A stretch of 64,000 nt of DNA from a virus (lineage: Duplodnaviria; Caudoviricetes): IMG/VR virus record IMGVR_UViG_3300021255_002694. One strand, written 5' to 3'. Below the pieces are notes generated by a model. It ran no database searches, had not been told where the DNA came from, and worked only from the letters and a program-made list of their open reading frames with translations. Positions 9,353 to 18,293 of the stretch are shown one piece after another. Both the position numbers and the translations under genes were made by a program. Position 1 is the stretch's first letter. Each line of letters starts with the position of its first letter.

Positions 9353-10465
9353 ATGATAAGATTGATTATGGAGTCAGGTGAATCTACTAATGGTTCTCTT
9401 GCAAATTCAAAATATGCAAAGTATCTAACAACAGATCAGATTAAAGAATTTGATAATCAGTATAAGATGCTTGCATCTCTGGCAAAACTGATAAATGACA
9501 ATATTGAAATTCTGAAAGAACAGGATACTAAAGTTCCTGATGTATTTTGGAATGCTGGTGATGGAGAAGATGAGTATATCTATGCTTGGTTAGATGATGC
9601 TTGGGATCAGTTCAAAGATTATGTAGATTCTATTGGTTGTGAAATTGATGTTCGTGACGGTAGAAGTTCTCCACATGTTACATTTAATTGTGATTTCTTG
9701 TATAATCTAAGAGAAGAATTGCGCGGCGGATATAAGGTCACTGTTGATGATGTTGCACACGCTATTTTTGAAACACGATACGGCGGATATGACGATATAT
9801 GTACATCTGTAAAGGACTTTGATTTTAGCGTAGATTATAACCTAGAGAAGTATGATTATGATGATACAAGAGATGCTGTTCAAAGCACTTTTAATGATTT
9901 TACATTCTATGATACAACTGACTATGCATCTACATATGAAGATATAGATAGAGCAATACAAGCACTTGACTACATTGATTCTTTCAAAAATAATGCTACT
10001 GACAATTATAGATCATGGTATGTTAATAATGGTTATGGTGGTTATGCCGATGATGATTTTGATGAATCTGTCAACAGCAGAAGAAGAAACAGAAAACTTG
10101 TCAAAGAGGATATTGATGATAATTATACAAATGAAGAAAAAGATGAAATTATAGATGAAAAGGGATTACGACACTATCTTCTCGATGATAATTATTATTC
10201 TTGGGATGCGTGGAATTTTAATAAAGTTATAGATGCTTTGTCAGAAATGGATAAAAAACATAAAGAATTATTTAGATCAGGTAAAAAGAAGAATAGAGTC
10301 TCAAAGAGAAATCTTCATCGTTCTAGTATGCATGTTGACGCTCTTATTCAAGACGCTGATAGGGAAGCAGGAAATCCTGTTAGAGCTATTGATTACTCTG
10401 AAATTTTCGATGAATTTCCAGAACTAGAACAAGATGCAAAGCGTATTGGTCTGAAAACAAAATAA
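9353..10465 (+). CDS. putative head-packaged acidic polyprotein (tag MIRLIME|S)
   Basis: N-terminal tag; internal FDE|SVNSRRRNRKLVKE|D linker; D/Y-rich. Confidence 0.6.
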   Translation: MIRLIMESGESTNGSLANSKYAKYLTTDQIKEFDNQYKMLASLAKLINDNIEILKEQDTKVPDVFWNAGDGEDEYIYAWLDDAWDQFKDYVDSIGCEIDVRDGRSSPHVTFNCDFLYNLREELRGGYKVTVDDVAHAIFETRYGGYDDICTSVKDFDFSVDYNLEKYDYDDTRDAVQSTFNDFTFYDTTDYASTYEDIDRAIQALDYIDSFKNNATDNYRSWYVNNGYGGYADDDFDESVNSRRRNRKLVKEDIDDNYTNEEKDEIIDEKGLRHYLLDDNYYSWDAWNFNKVIDALSEMDKKHKELFRSGKKKNRVSKRNLHRSSMHVDALIQDADREAGNPVRAIDYSEIFDEFPELEQDAKRIGLKTK

Positions 10466-10522
10466 TATTACATAAATATAAGAAAAATATAGTTTTTAGA
10501 GTTAGAAAATAAATGATACTTT

Positions 10523-10568
10523 AACTTTAGATTGTGTGATCGGAATGATGATCACACAATCTATTTTT
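10523..10568 (+). promoter_or_regulatory. putative late promoter/terminator hairpin
   Basis: AACTTTA overlaps TAGATTGTGTGATC/GATCACACAATCTA plus T5. Confidence 0.55.
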
Positions 10569-10598
10569 ATTGCTTGCATAGAAAGGAATGTTTTTAAT

Positions 10599-10868
10599 AT
10601 GATTAAATTGATCGAAAATAATGGTTCTTCAAAAGGAAATAAAAGAACAGTAAAAGAAAGCGGAAATACACCTAGATTTGAATATAGTTCTATGGCAGAT
10701 GTAGCACTAGATGTTTTAGCAAGAATACAAAAAGCATGTGATCTTCTTGAAGATACAGAAGGATTTACAGAGACAGATAGTGAGTATATTCATAGAGCAT
10801 TTGATCTACTTGAAATTGCTTATAGAGATCAAAAAGACCTTTGTGATGAATTGGAAAATTATGCTTGA
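10599..10868 (+). CDS. putative head-packaged protein (tag MIKLIE|N ... RTVKE|S)
   Basis: AGAAAGGA SD; double tag. Confidence 0.6.
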   Translation: MIKLIENNGSSKGNKRTVKESGNTPRFEYSSMADVALDVLARIQKACDLLEDTEGFTETDSEYIHRAFDLLEIAYRDQKDLCDELENYA

Positions 10869-10922
10869 AGATACAAATTTTATTCAATTATTTTTGATTA
10901 GAAAGGATTAGTGATTATATAT

Positions 10923-11126
10923 ATGATTAAGCGAATATGTGAGACATCTGATTCAAACATTGATTATAAGTTTGCACTAATTGAACTATATGAATATGTT
11001 TTTGGAAAAAGATTAGATGATCCAGAAGCAATGAAGAATAGACTAATTGCAAGATTTGATGATCTATGCGACATAGAGGATAGGTGGAATACAAGATGGT
11101 CTAATTATACAGAATATGGTGAGTGA
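10923..11126 (+). CDS. putative head-packaged protein (tag MIKRICE|T)
   Basis: GATTAGAAAGGATT leader identical to that of gene 11318. Confidence 0.6.
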   Translation: MIKRICETSDSNIDYKFALIELYEYVFGKRLDDPEAMKNRLIARFDDLCDIEDRWNTRWSNYTEYGE

Positions 11127-11135
11127 TAATTTAGT

Positions 11136-11189
11136 GTGATTAGATTACTACATGAATCTGCCGAAGATAGAAAGCTATATAAGTTTTAA
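11136..11189 (+). pseudogene. tag-only mini-ORF MIRLLHESAEDRKLYKF
   Basis: GTG start, 17 codons, full tag with almost no cargo; translated by hand. Confidence 0.45.
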
Positions 11190-11245
11190 TATATCAAAAA
11201 AAATACAGAGTTTATTGATATAAGATATTAAAAAAAACAACAGAT

Positions 11246-11280
11246 AACTATAGTTCATGTGATCTGGTTAAAGGTCACAT
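11246..11280 (+). promoter_or_regulatory. putative late promoter plus hairpin
   Basis: AACTATA then ATGTGATCT/AGGTCACAT. Confidence 0.55.
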
Positions 11281-11317
11281 AATACTTATATTTTTTGATT
11301 AGAAAGGATTTGTTATT

Positions 11318-11869
11318 ATGATAAAGATTATAAATGAAAATTCAAACTTTGAACAATATGTGGTTGGAATTGCTTTTAAGTGTATTGATGGTGAGCCATA
11401 TATTGTATCTGGAACTAACCTATCAACGGAAAACGGTAATGCTGTTGATAGACAGTATTACAGAGGTGACTACATGTTCAAAGAAAAAGTGTTTGATAAT
11501 ATTAAAGATGCTAAGAAGTACAAAGCAATGTTTGATAGATACATTGGTCAAGACTTTAGTGAAGTTCAGGATATGGTTGACGAATCATTAACAATAAATG
11601 AAAGGCATGAATTTAGACATACTCTTTCAAATGATCCGACTGGTTATGAAAGATATGTAAACTATGCTGAAACACTTGTTACTGTATGTGAAAACTTAGT
11701 AGACGCCGCAGAAGTTTATTTGAAACGTGTTGAGGATAATGAATATTTCTACACTGATCCAAAGAACGAGAGATGGTATGGTTTAGATGAAAAGATGGAG
11801 CAGATTTCAAAAGTAATGCGTCAGATAGAGTCCTTGAAAAATAAAATATACAATAAACTTGAATCATGA
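11318..11869 (+). CDS. putative head-packaged polyprotein (tag MIKIINE|N)
   Basis: Tag; internal VDE|SLTINE|R. Confidence 0.6.
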   Translation: MIKIINENSNFEQYVVGIAFKCIDGEPYIVSGTNLSTENGNAVDRQYYRGDYMFKEKVFDNIKDAKKYKAMFDRYIGQDFSEVQDMVDESLTINERHEFRHTLSNDPTGYERYVNYAETLVTVCENLVDAAEVYLKRVEDNEYFYTDPKNERWYGLDEKMEQISKVMRQIESLKNKIYNKLES

Positions 11870-11913
11870 TCTATCTGATAGGGTAATACATTGCAACATT
11901 GTAAATAGTAGAC

Positions 11914-11945
11914 AAAAACTCCACATATTATTTGTGGAGTTTTTT
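11914..11945 (+). terminator. intrinsic terminator
   Basis: AAAAACTCCACA/TGTGGAGTTTTT. Confidence 0.75.
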
Positions 11946-11968
11946 ATACACTAATTTTTGAAAAGGTA

Positions 11969-12002
11969 TTGACAAGTTTATGATAATGTGTTATACTATA
12001 TT
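11969..12002 (+). promoter_or_regulatory. sigmaA-type early promoter
   Basis: TTGACA-N17-TATACT. Confidence 0.85.
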
Positions 12003-12049
12003 CAGAAAGTCAAGATAATGCATGTGTTAAAAATGATTGGAGGTTTATT

Positions 12050-12154
12050 ATGTATAACAAGTATGCGGATAGAACAATGAAAAGGGTACTTAAAGTTATC
12101 AAGGTCGGCAATACGAAAATGGCATTTTACGTGTGGAGATGTGTTACAAAATGA
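12050..12154 (+). CDS. small basic protein (34 aa)
   Basis: GGAGG SD; ATGA overlap with next gene; translated by hand. Confidence 0.55.
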   Translation: MYNKYADRTMKRVLKVIKVGNTKMAFYVWRCVTK

Positions 12155-12402
12155 AATTTTATTTTAGAAGTGTCTGGGGAAATACAGTTCTCTGTAATTC
12201 AGATGGTTCTGTTGTTGATATTACCGATACATACATTTTTGAGAATTTTGTTATTCCGATTGTAGATTTTTTATCCGAACACGGTTTACGTGGATTTTAT
12301 GGCGGCGGAATGTGCATCATTGATAATGCTGATGAAGCACCGTTCAATGTCACTGGATGTACTTTTACCGTAGATAACAAAAATGTTACAATTACTGATT
12401 GA
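12151..12402 (+). CDS. hypothetical protein
   Basis: GGAG SD, ATG 12151. Confidence 0.7.
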   Translation: MKFYFRSVWGNTVLCNSDGSVVDITDTYIFENFVIPIVDFLSEHGLRGFYGGGMCIIDNADEAPFNVTGCTFTVDNKNVTITD

Positions 12403-12418
12403 AAGTGAGAAATAAATT

Positions 12419-12769
12419 ATGTTAAATTTTGCAGATTTTACAGAGGGTAGAACAGTATATGTTCTTAATTTTCACCACAGAGATAATTTTGAAAGGGCAA
12501 CTTTGGAAGAAACTGTAATTGATTCTGTCGGAAGAAAATATGTGTCTGTTGGTAGAGATAAGTTCTTTCTGAATAATGCAAGAAATGATCTGTACCTCAC
12601 ACAGAAAGTTGATGGTGGTACAGCAAACTATCTGTTCCTGACCAAAGAGGACTATGATCGTTATTCTGAATACAGAGAACTCTATAAGTGGTTTCATCAT
12701 ATTGCATCCGGTAAGCTGACATATGAACAGCTTAAAGCGATTAAAGAAATTATTGATAATGATCAGTAA
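12419..12769 (+). CDS. hypothetical small beta-barrel-like phage protein
   Basis: G-x-TVYV...SVGRKY pattern. Confidence 0.7.
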   Translation: MLNFADFTEGRTVYVLNFHHRDNFERATLEETVIDSVGRKYVSVGRDKFFLNNARNDLYLTQKVDGGTANYLFLTKEDYDRYSEYRELYKWFHHIASGKLTYEQLKAIKEIIDNDQ

Positions 12770-12785
12770 AAATAGTAATGATATA

Positions 12786-12824
12786 AACTATATCAATGTG
12801 ATTGTTTAATGCAGTCACATTGAT
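12786..12824 (+). promoter_or_regulatory. putative late promoter plus hairpin
   Basis: AACTATA overlaps ATCAATGTGATTG/CAGTCACATTGAT. Confidence 0.6.
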
Positions 12825-12856
12825 TATTTATATAGTAATGAAAGGGTTGTTGATAT

Positions 12857-13144
12857 ATGATTAAACTGATTAAAGAGGGATCAAGAGTAACTGATTCTAA
12901 AGAGTGGTTTGATATGTGGTTTGAGGATAAGAAATCTATTATTTCTACTATGTATTCTAATATGGGTTCTGATTTGGCGGCTGGATATGACTATTTTGGA
13001 AAGTCTATTCAGCGTCAAAAACAGGAGATCGCAAACTATGAAGCTGAATTTGAAAGACAGCTAGATAAGTTTAAGTCTATGTCAGATGATGAAGTAAATA
13101 GATGGTGTTTCTATGATATGAAGAAGCGCGGCGCGATTGATTGA
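12857..13144 (+). CDS. putative head-packaged protein (tag MIKLIKE|G)
   Basis: N-terminal tag. Confidence 0.6.
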   Translation: MIKLIKEGSRVTDSKEWFDMWFEDKKSIISTMYSNMGSDLAAGYDYFGKSIQRQKQEIANYEAEFERQLDKFKSMSDDEVNRWCFYDMKKRGAID

Positions 13145-13155
13145 GGTTGATTTAT

Positions 13156-13482
13156 ATGATAAAGTTAATTTCTGATAGTGGTGAGTACAATAGGTTTGAA
13201 AGTTCTCTTAGAATGGTTGCAAGTAAATATAAATTCGGTATTGGTAGGACATTAACACAGCCAGGATATTCATACACCAAGATTAAAGGAAATGAAAATT
13301 CACCAAAATATATTGGTAGCATAGTAATAGAATATAATTTTGAAGAATATAAGAATTATCCTATAAGCCTAACTATTGAGCGTAGTGATGGTGATGAAGA
13401 TACTTGGTATTGTACAACATTTAGAGAGGCACTTGATTATGTTGATCGTTGGCTTCACGATGAATATGATTGGTTTAATTGA
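13156..13482 (+). CDS. putative head-packaged protein (variant tag MIKLISD|S)
   Basis: GAGG SD; tag has D in place of E. Confidence 0.5.
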   Translation: MIKLISDSGEYNRFESSLRMVASKYKFGIGRTLTQPGYSYTKIKGNENSPKYIGSIVIEYNFEEYKNYPISLTIERSDGDEDTWYCTTFREALDYVDRWLHDEYDWFN

Positions 13483-13510
13483 TAACTATTGACTTTTAGT
13501 TATTTCATAC

Positions 13511-13543
13511 AAAAATCCGTGCATTTATTTGTGCGGATTTTTT
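13511..13543 (+). terminator. intrinsic terminator
   Basis: AAAAATCCGTGCA/TGTGCGGATTTTT. Confidence 0.75.
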
Positions 13544-13565
13544 CTATTTATTTTTCAAAAAATGC

Positions 13566-13604
13566 TTGACAAAACAAATATAATGTGTTATACTATATTT
13601 GTAA
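13566..13604 (+). promoter_or_regulatory. sigmaA-type early promoter
   Basis: TTGACA-N17-TATACTATATTTGTAA. Confidence 0.85.
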
Positions 13605-13638
13605 GGTTAAGACAAACCAAATGTGAAGTGAGGTAAAT

Positions 13639-13881
13639 ATGAGAGTTTCGTATAAAGGTCAGGATCAGAATTTCAAATACAGAGTGGCTGAGATCGGATA
13701 TGATGATGCTAAAGAACTAACACTTCTCGAAAATACCGCAGAACTCATGGAAGATCGTGGATGGAATATCGACATCTGCGGATGCGGATATGCAAGTTGT
13801 AAGGTAGACGATGCTGACGATTTCAGATCGTTTATGAGAGATTGGAAAGAGTGCAAGAGGATTGCACGTAACAGAAAGTGA
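13639..13881 (+). CDS. hypothetical protein
   Basis: GAGG SD. Confidence 0.75.
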   Translation: MRVSYKGQDQNFKYRVAEIGYDDAKELTLLENTAELMEDRGWNIDICGCGYASCKVDDADDFRSFMRDWKECKRIARNRK

Positions 13882-13892
13882 GGATAACTGTG

Positions 13893-14162
13893 ATGAGAAA
13901 AATACCGATTTGTTCTGTAGAAGAACTTAAAAACATTTTGACAACTTTTTACGGCATTGATTTTGGTGATACTCGTATCCTCGGGATCACCAGAATTCGT
14001 GATAGTCTACTTGATAAATATGAAACAATCACGATCATAGACAAGAATGAAATTGAAAGACTCAGATATAGAAATCCAGATTATGATTTCCTGTACGATG
14101 ATATAATTGAGTGCATGGAATGCGAAGTTCTGCCGTATCAGTTTGTTTTACATCTAGGATAA
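13893..14162 (+). CDS. hypothetical protein
   Basis: GAGG SD. Confidence 0.7.
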   Translation: MRKIPICSVEELKNILTTFYGIDFGDTRILGITRIRDSLLDKYETITIIDKNEIERLRYRNPDYDFLYDDIIECMECEVLPYQFVLHLG

Positions 14163-14175
14163 AGGAGTGATTTAT

Positions 14176-14400
14176 ATGGCAAAAGAGTTTTGGGGTTGTA
14201 CTGGTTGTGATCATTCCAAATATGATGAATTCTGTACTGAATGTGGTACATGTGTGAATGGTAGCAACTATGAGAAGTCTTGTTGCTATGAATGTGACGG
14301 ATGTATACACGCTATATTTAATGATGGTGAATGGTACTGTGAGAAATCGAACATGCTGTGTGAAGATATTAACGGCTGTGATGACTACAAAGAAAGGTGA
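14176..14400 (+). CDS. Cys-rich metal-binding small protein
   Basis: Multiple CxxC motifs; AAGGAG SD. Confidence 0.7.
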   Translation: MAKEFWGCTGCDHSKYDEFCTECGTCVNGSNYEKSCCYECDGCIHAIFNDGEWYCEKSNMLCEDINGCDDYKER

Positions 14401-14406
14401 TATAAA

Positions 14407-14643
14407 ATGTATGCTATTATTTCTGATGGTGAGTATGTCGAGGGATTCTGTAATACTCTCGAAGAAGCTAAATCTTGGCTCGGAAATTCTGATGGATATA
14501 GAATTGAAGAAGTTTCAAACCGCTGCTCAAGATGCGAGGGATGCGATCTTGTAAAAATAACTGATGGCAAATTCTACTGCTCTACTTGTGAAGTTCCTTG
14601 TGATGAAATCAGAAAGTGTCCTTGGTCTATTACTTTTTCTTAA
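14407..14643 (+). CDS. small protein with Cys-rich C-terminus
   Basis: CSRCEGC...C..C..C..C; similar to C-half of preceding gene. Confidence 0.7.
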   Translation: MYAIISDGEYVEGFCNTLEEAKSWLGNSDGYRIEEVSNRCSRCEGCDLVKITDGKFYCSTCEVPCDEIRKCPWSITFS

Positions 14644-14649
14644 ATTGTA

Positions 14650-14688
14650 TTGACAAATCACAAATAATATGTTATACTATATTTGTAA
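14650..14688 (+). promoter_or_regulatory. sigmaA-type early promoter
   Basis: TTGACA-N17-TATACTATATTTGTAA. Confidence 0.85.
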
Positions 14689-14725
14689 TGTAAGTAATAA
14701 CCAAAACAGAGAAGGGGGGGGCATT

Positions 14726-15019
14726 ATGGCAAACATTAAAAATTCTGAGATCGAATTCCTTAAAGAACTGAGAGATAAACTCTCAAGATATAAGAGATTC
14801 AAAGAAGATTGTGCAGAACTCGATGCACTTCTTGTAAGGCAAGAGGAAATGATTGTCAAGAGAAATGCTAGAACTTGGGAACACATTAAAGAAAAGAGAG
14901 AAACCGATCCCACCTACGGTAGATCAAAAGCAGACATTGAAAAGTATAAATGCTATCAGAGAGAAACCAATACTGTTGTCAATGAAATGTTTGATACATG
15001 GTTTGGGGATAAGGAGTGA
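14726..15019 (+). CDS. hypothetical protein, paralog of 17684
   Basis: NIKN.E.E.L ... KEKR..DP.YGR shared. Confidence 0.75.
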   Translation: MANIKNSEIEFLKELRDKLSRYKRFKEDCAELDALLVRQEEMIVKRNARTWEHIKEKRETDPTYGRSKADIEKYKCYQRETNTVVNEMFDTWFGDKE

Positions 15020-15024
15020 TCGCT

Positions 15025-15468
15025 ATGTTGAAATATGAGTTTGAACAGATTTCCGGATATGAAGTTTCGGATGATGATTATAACAAGTACATTGAGCCTA
15101 TGTATATGGCTTTGCCGGATGGAATTACAAAACAAGAATTCGTAAAAATGATCAGCAAAAAGCGTTTTGCTTTACCGACAAAACAGCAGATGAAGAAACA
15201 GATGCGAGAGATCGCAAAACATCTGTATGAAATCTGTGGAAGATATACAGATTGGAAGTCTGTTGACGAACTTATGAAAATCGCAAGAAGATACGCAAAG
15301 CTGTTTCATGGTCTTGACTGGGGAAACGATATTGAGTGCTTCGTGTACACGCATGATGAATATGAGTTTCCTGAAATCAAGCGTGGATGTACATATCCGA
15401 AAACACTTGTGATCGGAAAAGGTAATACAGTCTATGAGGAAATCGAACTGGTAAAAGGAGATATGTGA
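15025..15468 (+). CDS. hypothetical protein
   Basis: AAGGAG SD. Confidence 0.75.
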   Translation: MLKYEFEQISGYEVSDDDYNKYIEPMYMALPDGITKQEFVKMISKKRFALPTKQQMKKQMREIAKHLYEICGRYTDWKSVDELMKIARRYAKLFHGLDWGNDIECFVYTHDEYEFPEIKRGCTYPKTLVIGKGNTVYEEIELVKGDM

Positions 15469-15686
15469 TCATGAGAAAGTTAAAGGATGCAAACAATTTT
15501 ATTGACAGAATAAATGAAACAAATGATATTGATATTCTGTTTAATGGTATATATGAGGAAATAAGGGTAGAACTGGAAGCATATGTTGACGGAGATGCAG
15601 ACGGTGATCCTAACCCGTTGATTGATGCTAGCAATTACATATTGGAAAAGGTTTCAAAACTTAGGAAACTCAATAATTGTCAGTAA
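15465..15686 (+). CDS. hypothetical protein
   Basis: AAGGAG SD. Confidence 0.7.
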   Translation: MIMRKLKDANNFIDRINETNDIDILFNGIYEEIRVELEAYVDGDADGDPNPLIDASNYILEKVSKLRKLNNCQ

Positions 15687-15702
15687 TTTTGACAGCACCT
15701 TA

Positions 15703-15786
15703 AAAGAGAATGAACTTATCCAGCTAAACCTGTGATCGGTAGAAAATATATGATCTATAAAAAAAAATCGAACTGGTGAAAGGAGA
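15703..15786 (+). repeat. degenerate duplicate of 3' end of gene 15025-15468
   Basis: AATCGAACTGGT(A/G)AAAGGAGA and TGTGATCGG shared with 15381-15461. Confidence 0.65.
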
Positions 15787-15792
15787 ATAACA

Positions 15793-16065
15793 ATGTTAGT
15801 TTATTCTGTATATGACAATATGAAAAATCCGAACTCTGTTGTTCTTGATGCTCTTACAGCACTTGAAGCTATTGCTTGTGCAAGAGAGATTATTTTGGCG
15901 AAGATTAAGGATATTGGAATTCCAACTCCGTCTACAGAATCTCGGTACAATGATCTTAAAGCCGATCTTAATTATACTGATATGAAAATGTTTGAGCATC
16001 TTCTTTTCAGTTTCGCAGATACAACACCAAATGGTTGTGTATCTGTTGCTGTACGGGAAGTTTGA
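15793..16065 (+). CDS. hypothetical protein
   Basis: AAGGAG SD. Confidence 0.7.
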   Translation: MLVYSVYDNMKNPNSVVLDALTALEAIACAREIILAKIKDIGIPTPSTESRYNDLKADLNYTDMKMFEHLLFSFADTTPNGCVSVAVREV

Positions 16066-16091
16066 TATACAGATCAGAAAGGAGAACGATT

Positions 16092-16481
16092 ATGAACATT
16101 CCGGAAATTGTACCATTTAAGAAAGCCTTTACAGAGGCTTTTGAGAAGAAGTTTGGTGTTGAATTTAATGAGGATACGATCAATACTCTGAAAAATAATA
16201 GCTTTCACTTTATGATTCATTACGGAAAAATCTTTTTCGCTATCTCCAATACTGTTAAGCATAAATATGATGACGAATACAGCATGTTCACAGTTGATGT
16301 GATTGATTGCACTCAGAATAGCAGATACACTAATCATGATCCGGACATCAAAAGCGAACGTAAATCTGAAATCAGCATGAAAGGTCTTGACAATATCTGC
16401 AAATTTGTAGATAAGACAAGAAAAGCCTTTGCTCAGAAGTGGATTGGTTTGCTGTTTGGTGATGCAACAAAAATTGACTGA
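16092..16481 (+). CDS. hypothetical protein
   Basis: AAGGAG SD. Confidence 0.75.
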   Translation: MNIPEIVPFKKAFTEAFEKKFGVEFNEDTINTLKNNSFHFMIHYGKIFFAISNTVKHKYDDEYSMFTVDVIDCTQNSRYTNHDPDIKSERKSEISMKGLDNICKFVDKTRKAFAQKWIGLLFGDATKID

Positions 16482-16502
16482 ATGATATGGAGAGTATGTA
16501 AC

Positions 16503-16748
16503 ATGAGAAATAAAAGAATTGAGTATGACGGTCTTTTTGTAAAGAAAGAATATGAAGCTGTTGAAAAGCATATCAGGATGGCATGTGATGAATTTATCAA
16601 AAATTTACTGAATGATGATATGTGTAAAGACTTCATTATTCCTGACCTTGAACCGCATGTAATGGGACATCTTCAATGTGCGATCAGTGATTTGGCAATT
16701 AACGAAGCATATGATGACTATATGAAGCGTCATAATGACACCCCGTAA
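16503..16748 (+). CDS. hypothetical protein
   Basis: GGAG SD. Confidence 0.7.
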   Translation: MRNKRIEYDGLFVKKEYEAVEKHIRMACDEFIKNLLNDDMCKDFIIPDLEPHVMGHLQCAISDLAINEAYDDYMKRHNDTP

Positions 16749-16759
16749 CTATAAAAATT

Positions 16760-16800
16760 ATACAAAAATCTGCCCATAAATTTGGGCAGATTTTTTGTAT
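16760..16800 (+). terminator. intrinsic terminator
   Basis: AAAAATCTGCCCA/TGGGCAGATTTTT. Confidence 0.8.
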
Positions 16801-16818
16801 AATGATAGGAATAAACAC

Positions 16819-16861
16819 TTGACATTTTACGATAAATATGGTATACTATATTTGTAAAATG
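16819..16861 (+). promoter_or_regulatory. sigmaA-type early promoter in imperfect palindrome
   Basis: TTGACA-N17-TATACT; CATTTTAC...GTAAAATG arms. Confidence 0.85.
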
Positions 16862-16914
16862 TAAGCCATAACCGTGAAAGATTGAAGAATCTGAATATGA
16901 GTGAGGTAATTAAA

Positions 16915-17358
16915 ATGAAAGTTTCTGATTGGAAATCTGTAGTAACTCCGGAAATGATTGAAGAAACTAAAAAGAATATCACAGATGAATTCATCCGTCG
17001 TTTCTATGAGTTCATCGAGGATGTTAAGAAGTATATCAATGGTGAACTTGCTCAGAGAGACTTCGGTTGGAAGTATGGATGGGCATTCAGCACCGTTGAA
17101 AATGCTCAGAAACATGTTAAGGATACTCTCTCCAATATTGCATTCTTCCAGAAGAATGTATATTGTGGTAAGTGGTCTTTCAAGTGGGAGAACGAAGGAT
17201 ACAACATGAAAGTGATCTGGAAACTCGTTGAATCCGGATTTCTTTCCCACGATCAGTATTGGAACCATAATGCAAGAGCATCCGGTCAGACTGATTTATA
17301 TTATATCAGTCAGGCAACAGCAAAGCAGATTTTGAAAGAGCATAAGAATAGGGGGTGA
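16915..17358 (+). CDS. hypothetical protein
   Basis: GAGG SD; first gene after promoter. Confidence 0.8.
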   Translation: MKVSDWKSVVTPEMIEETKKNITDEFIRRFYEFIEDVKKYINGELAQRDFGWKYGWAFSTVENAQKHVKDTLSNIAFFQKNVYCGKWSFKWENEGYNMKVIWKLVESGFLSHDQYWNHNARASGQTDLYYISQATAKQILKEHKNRG

Positions 17359-17669
17359 TTTTATTGTCCGTTTTGGAAAGTGTAAAGTGTAACTCCTATG
17401 ATTTTGAAACTGTTAAATCTGTTTTGGAGTTTTTCAAGATAAACTATAATGTGAGCGCTCCTGATAGTTTGTCAGATGTTTTTATTTCAATCTTCTATAT
17501 TATTGACGATATTACCGAACCAAAAGTAAAGAATCTTGCAAACTGGTTTTATGATCTTATAACAAAAGATGAAATCAGTATGGTTTGGTTTGAATATAGA
17601 AACAGAGATAATGACTATAAGACAGAAGCAATCACCTGTTGCTTTCCGCCCGAACTACATGATTTTTAA
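17355..17669 (+). CDS. hypothetical protein
   Basis: ORF in operon; start uncertain. Confidence 0.65.
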   Translation: MILLSVLESVKCNSYDFETVKSVLEFFKINYNVSAPDSLSDVFISIFYIIDDITEPKVKNLANWFYDLITKDEISMVWFEYRNRDNDYKTEAITCCFPPELHDF

Positions 17670-17683
17670 GGAGTGATTTACAC

Positions 17684-17941
17684 ATGGCTATGAACATTAA
17701 GAATAATGATCTTGAACTTTTAAGAACAATCTGTGCTGATCTTGACAGAGCCGCACACAGTATGCTCGATGCAGATATGATTAAGAGGTCTGTTGATCTT
17801 GAAATTCTTGTTGAGCGACTTGAACAGCAGAGAGATGTGGCAAGAAAAAGGACAGCAGAGTTTGTGAAAGAGAAGCGAAAGGCTGATCCTGCATATGGCA
17901 GAGGTGCGTCTGAACGTAAAAGATATAAGAGAGGTGTTTAA
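17684..17941 (+). CDS. hypothetical protein, paralog of 14726
   Basis: Shared KEKRKADPAYGR motif. Confidence 0.75.
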   Translation: MAMNIKNNDLELLRTICADLDRAAHSMLDADMIKRSVDLEILVERLEQQRDVARKRTAEFVKEKRKADPAYGRGASERKRYKRGV

Positions 17942-17943
17942 TT

Positions 17944-18228
17944 ATGTGGAGAACATTTCCAAAAAATGATGCATATGAACTGAGAGATTTTGTTTCTAAG
18001 AAACAGTACATGAGAGCATATATGAAACTACGTACTTGTTATCAAATTCTGCATGATCTCGAACCAAGCAAATTCACAGAGTTTGATCTTGATTTAGCTA
18101 TCAATGATGTGAATAGTGCGATTGATAATTACATGTACAGTGATGCAGAGTTCAAAGCTGTTTTTGATAACTTCATTGCAACATGTGATAATCTGAACAT
18201 TCTTGTGCCGACAAAAACATCAATTTAA
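17944..18228 (+). CDS. hypothetical protein
   Basis: GAGGTG SD. Confidence 0.7.
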   Translation: MWRTFPKNDAYELRDFVSKKQYMRAYMKLRTCYQILHDLEPSKFTEFDLDLAINDVNSAIDNYMYSDAEFKAVFDNFIATCDNLNILVPTKTSI

Positions 18229-18262
18229 TAATTAGCATATATTAAAAATAAAAAGAAACATG

Positions 18263-18269
18263 AACTATA
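18263..18269 (+). promoter_or_regulatory. putative late promoter AACTATA
   Basis: A-tract plus AACTATA at head of the tagged-gene cluster 18294-21912; weak hairpin. Confidence 0.45.
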
Positions 18270-18293
18270 TTTATATGTTTTAAGGAGCTTAAT

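Noticed and set aside
8151-12824. TGTGA...TCACA read as CRP/FNR-type operators
   Set aside because: Spacing varies (5, 12, 12, 13 nt) and G-U pairs are tolerated, which fits RNA hairpins better.
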